Positions 28,391 to 32,000 of a stretch of DNA of 32,000 nt are shown here, piece after piece. The stretch is from Aquifex aeolicus VF5 (GTDB lineage Bacteria > Aquificota > Aquificia > Aquificales > Aquificaceae), in NCBI RefSeq assembly GCF_000008625.1, contig NC_000918.1, positions 1,500,001-1,532,000 on the forward strand, given 5' to 3'. Made by a program: the position numbers and the translations under genes. A model generated the notes under the pieces. It saw only the letters and a list, made by a program, of their open reading frames with translations. It did not search any database and was not told where the DNA came from. Each line of letters starts with the position of its first letter. The first letter of the stretch is position 1.

Positions 28391-28636
28391 CCTTGCGTCT
28401 TTATATCTGATTACTACGGGGACGGTGAAATTAAAAGCTTTTCTGGAATCTATGAAAAATACGGGAAAATTAACCCTCTTTGGAGATATTTCTGGCTTTT
28501 CGTAATTGGCAGGGTTGTACTTTACTATACATACGTGGCAGTTCGGGTGTACTTTCCCGTCGTTATGTTTATGAGTGAGAGAAACCTGTCCCTCAATTAC
28601 AAAGAGCAGTAAAAGAATTGCTACTAAAATTCTCAT
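28373..28636 (-). CDS. Small exported His/Cys protein (DUF2946-like pattern)
   Basis: 87 aa with signal-like N terminus, THKHNDGKVHPNCHVCIVKYN, and C-terminal RAPPAV; upstream of the metal transport genes. Confidence 0.6.
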   Translation of the reverse strand: MRILVAILLLLFVIEGQVSLTHKHNDGKVHPNCHVCIVKYNPANYEKPEISPKRVNFPVFFIDSRKAFNFTVPVVIRYKDARAPPAV

Positions 28637-28661
28637 TTAACGTTTAGTATCTTATTTTAAC

Positions 28662-30346
<1,685 letters not shown>

Positions 30347-30745
30347 CTTTATCGGTTTCTCCCTTTCCCAGACTATAACGGGAGAAGCAAACTCCTTAGA
30401 ATTTCTAAAGGACAGACTCATTTACAAAGGGAACGTAATACTCCACAGGGACAGCTCAACGCTGAAAGCGGACGAAGTGGTAATACTCCTTGACAAAGAA
30501 AACAAGCCCTACAAGCTTATCGCAAAGGGAAATGTAAAGTTCAGGGAAAACGGAAGGAAGGCAGAGGCGGAATTTGCTGAGTACGACTTGAGGAAGGAAA
30601 TAATACATCTAAAGGGAAATGCAAAGATTGAAGAAAACGGCAGAGTCGTGGAAGCGGATGAAATAATTATTTACAAGAGGGAAAAGAGGCTTGTGGCTAA
30701 AGGTAAGGGAAAGAGAGTGAGAACCGTTTACGTGGAGGAGAAGAA

Positions 30746-31048
30746 ATGACGAAATCAGATATAGCTAAGGAACTCGCAAGGAGGCACGGCATATCCTACA
30801 AAAAAGCCCTCCTTATAGTCAACATGACCTTTGAGATACTAAAAGCAAAAATACTGAACGGTGAAAAGGTAGAGGTAAGGGGACTGGGAACCTTTAAGTT
30901 GAAGAGAAAACCGGGAAGGTTCGTAAAGAACCCGAAAACGGGTATAGAAATTTACGTAAAGGAGAGGTACGTTCCCTACTACAAGATGTCTAAACTTTTA
31001 AGGAAGAAACTAAACGGCGATAAAGAAAGGGAGGAGTGTTTGACTTGA
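30746..31048 (+). CDS. HU/IHF family DNA-binding protein
   Basis: MTKSDIAKELARRHGISYKKALLIVNMTFEILKAKILNGEKVEVRGLGTFKLKRKPGRFVKNPKTG. Confidence 0.95.
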   Translation: MTKSDIAKELARRHGISYKKALLIVNMTFEILKAKILNGEKVEVRGLGTFKLKRKPGRFVKNPKTGIEIYVKERYVPYYKMSKLLRKKLNGDKEREECLT

Positions 31049-31051
31049 GTA

Positions 31052-31124
31052 TCGGGGCGGCCGGACTTGAACCGGCGACCTTCGGCTCCCAAAGCCGACG
31101 CTCTACCACCTGAGCTACGCCCCG
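31052..31124 (-). tRNA. tRNA-Pro (anticodon TGG), CCA not encoded
   Basis: Minus: CGGGGCGTAGCTCAGGTGGTAGAGCGTCGGCTTTGGGAGCCGAAGGTCGCCGGTTCAAGTCCGGCCGCCCCGA; full cloverleaf, loop TTTGGGA, C1:G72; 3' flank reads TAC rather than CCA. Confidence 0.96.
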
Positions 31125-31137
31125 TCCCGAATAAAAT

Positions 31138-31143
31138 ATTATA
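31138..31143 (-). promoter_or_regulatory. -10 element for tRNA-Pro
   Basis: Minus strand TATAAT at 31143-31138, 13 nt before the mature tRNA 5' end; -35 not clearly consensus. Confidence 0.5.
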
Positions 31144-31158
31144 ACGGAGGTGAAGAAA

Positions 31159-32000
31159 ATGAAAAAATTATTACTACTTCTTAGTGCAAGCTTTGCCTTC
31201 TCACTTCAGATGGATTTCAAAGAAGTTAAGAAGTTTCCTTACATAAAGTACGTCACTGCTTGGAAGGGAACACCCGCTGAAACGAAGGACGTTGCAGTTC
31301 CAAACGTCTACATAGTCGTTGGACAGAAGGAAAGTCCAGAGGTTCTTACCTCCGCCGCAAAGGTAGCTTTCTATTTAGGACAGTGGACGGACGGAATAGG
31401 ACTTTCACCTAAACTTGTAAAGGAAGGAAAAATCCCTAAGCTCATAATAAGCGACAAGGAAGTAGAGAAGTACAAGGACAGGAACCTCATAGTGATAGGG
31501 ACCAACAACGAGATAGTAAGAGAGCTGGGACTCAAGTTTAAAGAGCCGACCCTGAAGGTAGTAGAAAAGGACGGAAGAAAAATACTCATAGTAGGTGGTA
31601 AGGACACGAAGGAAGTGGTAAAAGCTGCAAGCTTTCTGGCTGACAGGGTAATTTCCTTCAAAGTAGGAGCTTACAACACTTTCTTTAACTGGGTAAGGGT
31701 AAGGGGAATGATAGAACACGGAAATTATGAGGGTGCTTACGACATGCTCACAGACTCAAGGGGCGTGCACGCCTGCGGTAGGAACATGTCACTTGCAGCT
31801 CCCATGATGGCAAAGTTCCCCCCTGAAGTGAAGAAGGTGGTAAAAAAGAGAAACAAGATAATGTACGTGGAACTTCCAAAAGCCTTAAAAGAAGAAAATA
31901 AAGAAAAGGCAAAGAAGCTCTGGAGAGAGGCTATGATAACTTGCTTCCAGTGTCACCACGGGATAGGAATACCTAAAATGAGGAAGTTTGAACCTTTAGC
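31159..32000 (+). CDS. Exported protein with a c-type heme-like CxxCH motif (runs off the window; absent from the ORF track)
   Basis: SD GGAGGTGA, ATG at 31159, signal peptide MKKLLLLLSASFAFS, open to the window end, ending ...MITCFQCHHGIGIPKMRKFEPL. Confidence 0.75.
   Translation, partial: MKKLLLLLSASFAFSLQMDFKEVKKFPYIKYVTAWKGTPAETKDVAVPNVYIVVGQKESPEVLTSAAKVAFYLGQWTDGIGLSPKLVKEGKIPKLIISDKEVEKYKDRNLIVIGTNNEIVRELGLKFKEPTLKVVEKDGRKILIVGGKDTKEVVKAASFLADRVISFKVGAYNTFFNWVRVRGMIEHGNYEGAYDMLTDSRGVHACGRNMSLAAPMMAKFPPEVKKVVKKRNKIMYVELPKALKEENKEKAKKLWREAMITCFQCHHGIGIPKMRKFEPL

Noticed and set aside
28364-28612. 82-aa ORF antisense to the 87-aa His/Cys protein
   Set aside because: The minus-strand ORF has a signal peptide, His/Cys motif and fits the operon; the antisense ORF has none of these.

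Overview
The window is a dense bacterial chromosomal segment, best matching the Aquifex aeolicus lineage. That assignment rests on protein character and gene content recognised from memory; no search was run. It holds about 31 protein-coding genes, many overlapping, plus three minus-strand tRNAs: Lys(UUU), Ala(GGC) and Pro(UGG). Main blocks are: BASS-type transporter; fmt-panC; MBL hydrolase with MlaF-like ATPase; BioH-like hydrolase with BioC; glyS-PEP synthase; PilM/PilN-like pair; DUF255 thioredoxin-like protein; Pal/OmpA lipoprotein; gatC-recA-pilT-cmk-pgsA-like-recJ-DUF2227; a class II tRNA nucleotidyltransferase with HD domain; HIT protein; OppD/DppD-type ATPase; upp; a Zn/Mn-type ABC uptake cluster (permease, binding protein, outer-membrane protein, small His/Cys protein) with no ATPase gene; sirtuin; kdsC-lptC-lptA-HU/IHF; and a truncated exported protein with a CxxCH motif. 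I found no CRISPR array, mobile element, phage or defence system. The observations most worth a second look are a hairpin that would sequester the Shine-Dalgarno of the outer-membrane protein gene, with its 5' arm in the last codons of the upstream 87-aa gene; several gene starts exactly 7 nt after a -10-like hexamer with no well-placed Shine-Dalgarno; and near-consensus promoters around the tRNA pair.
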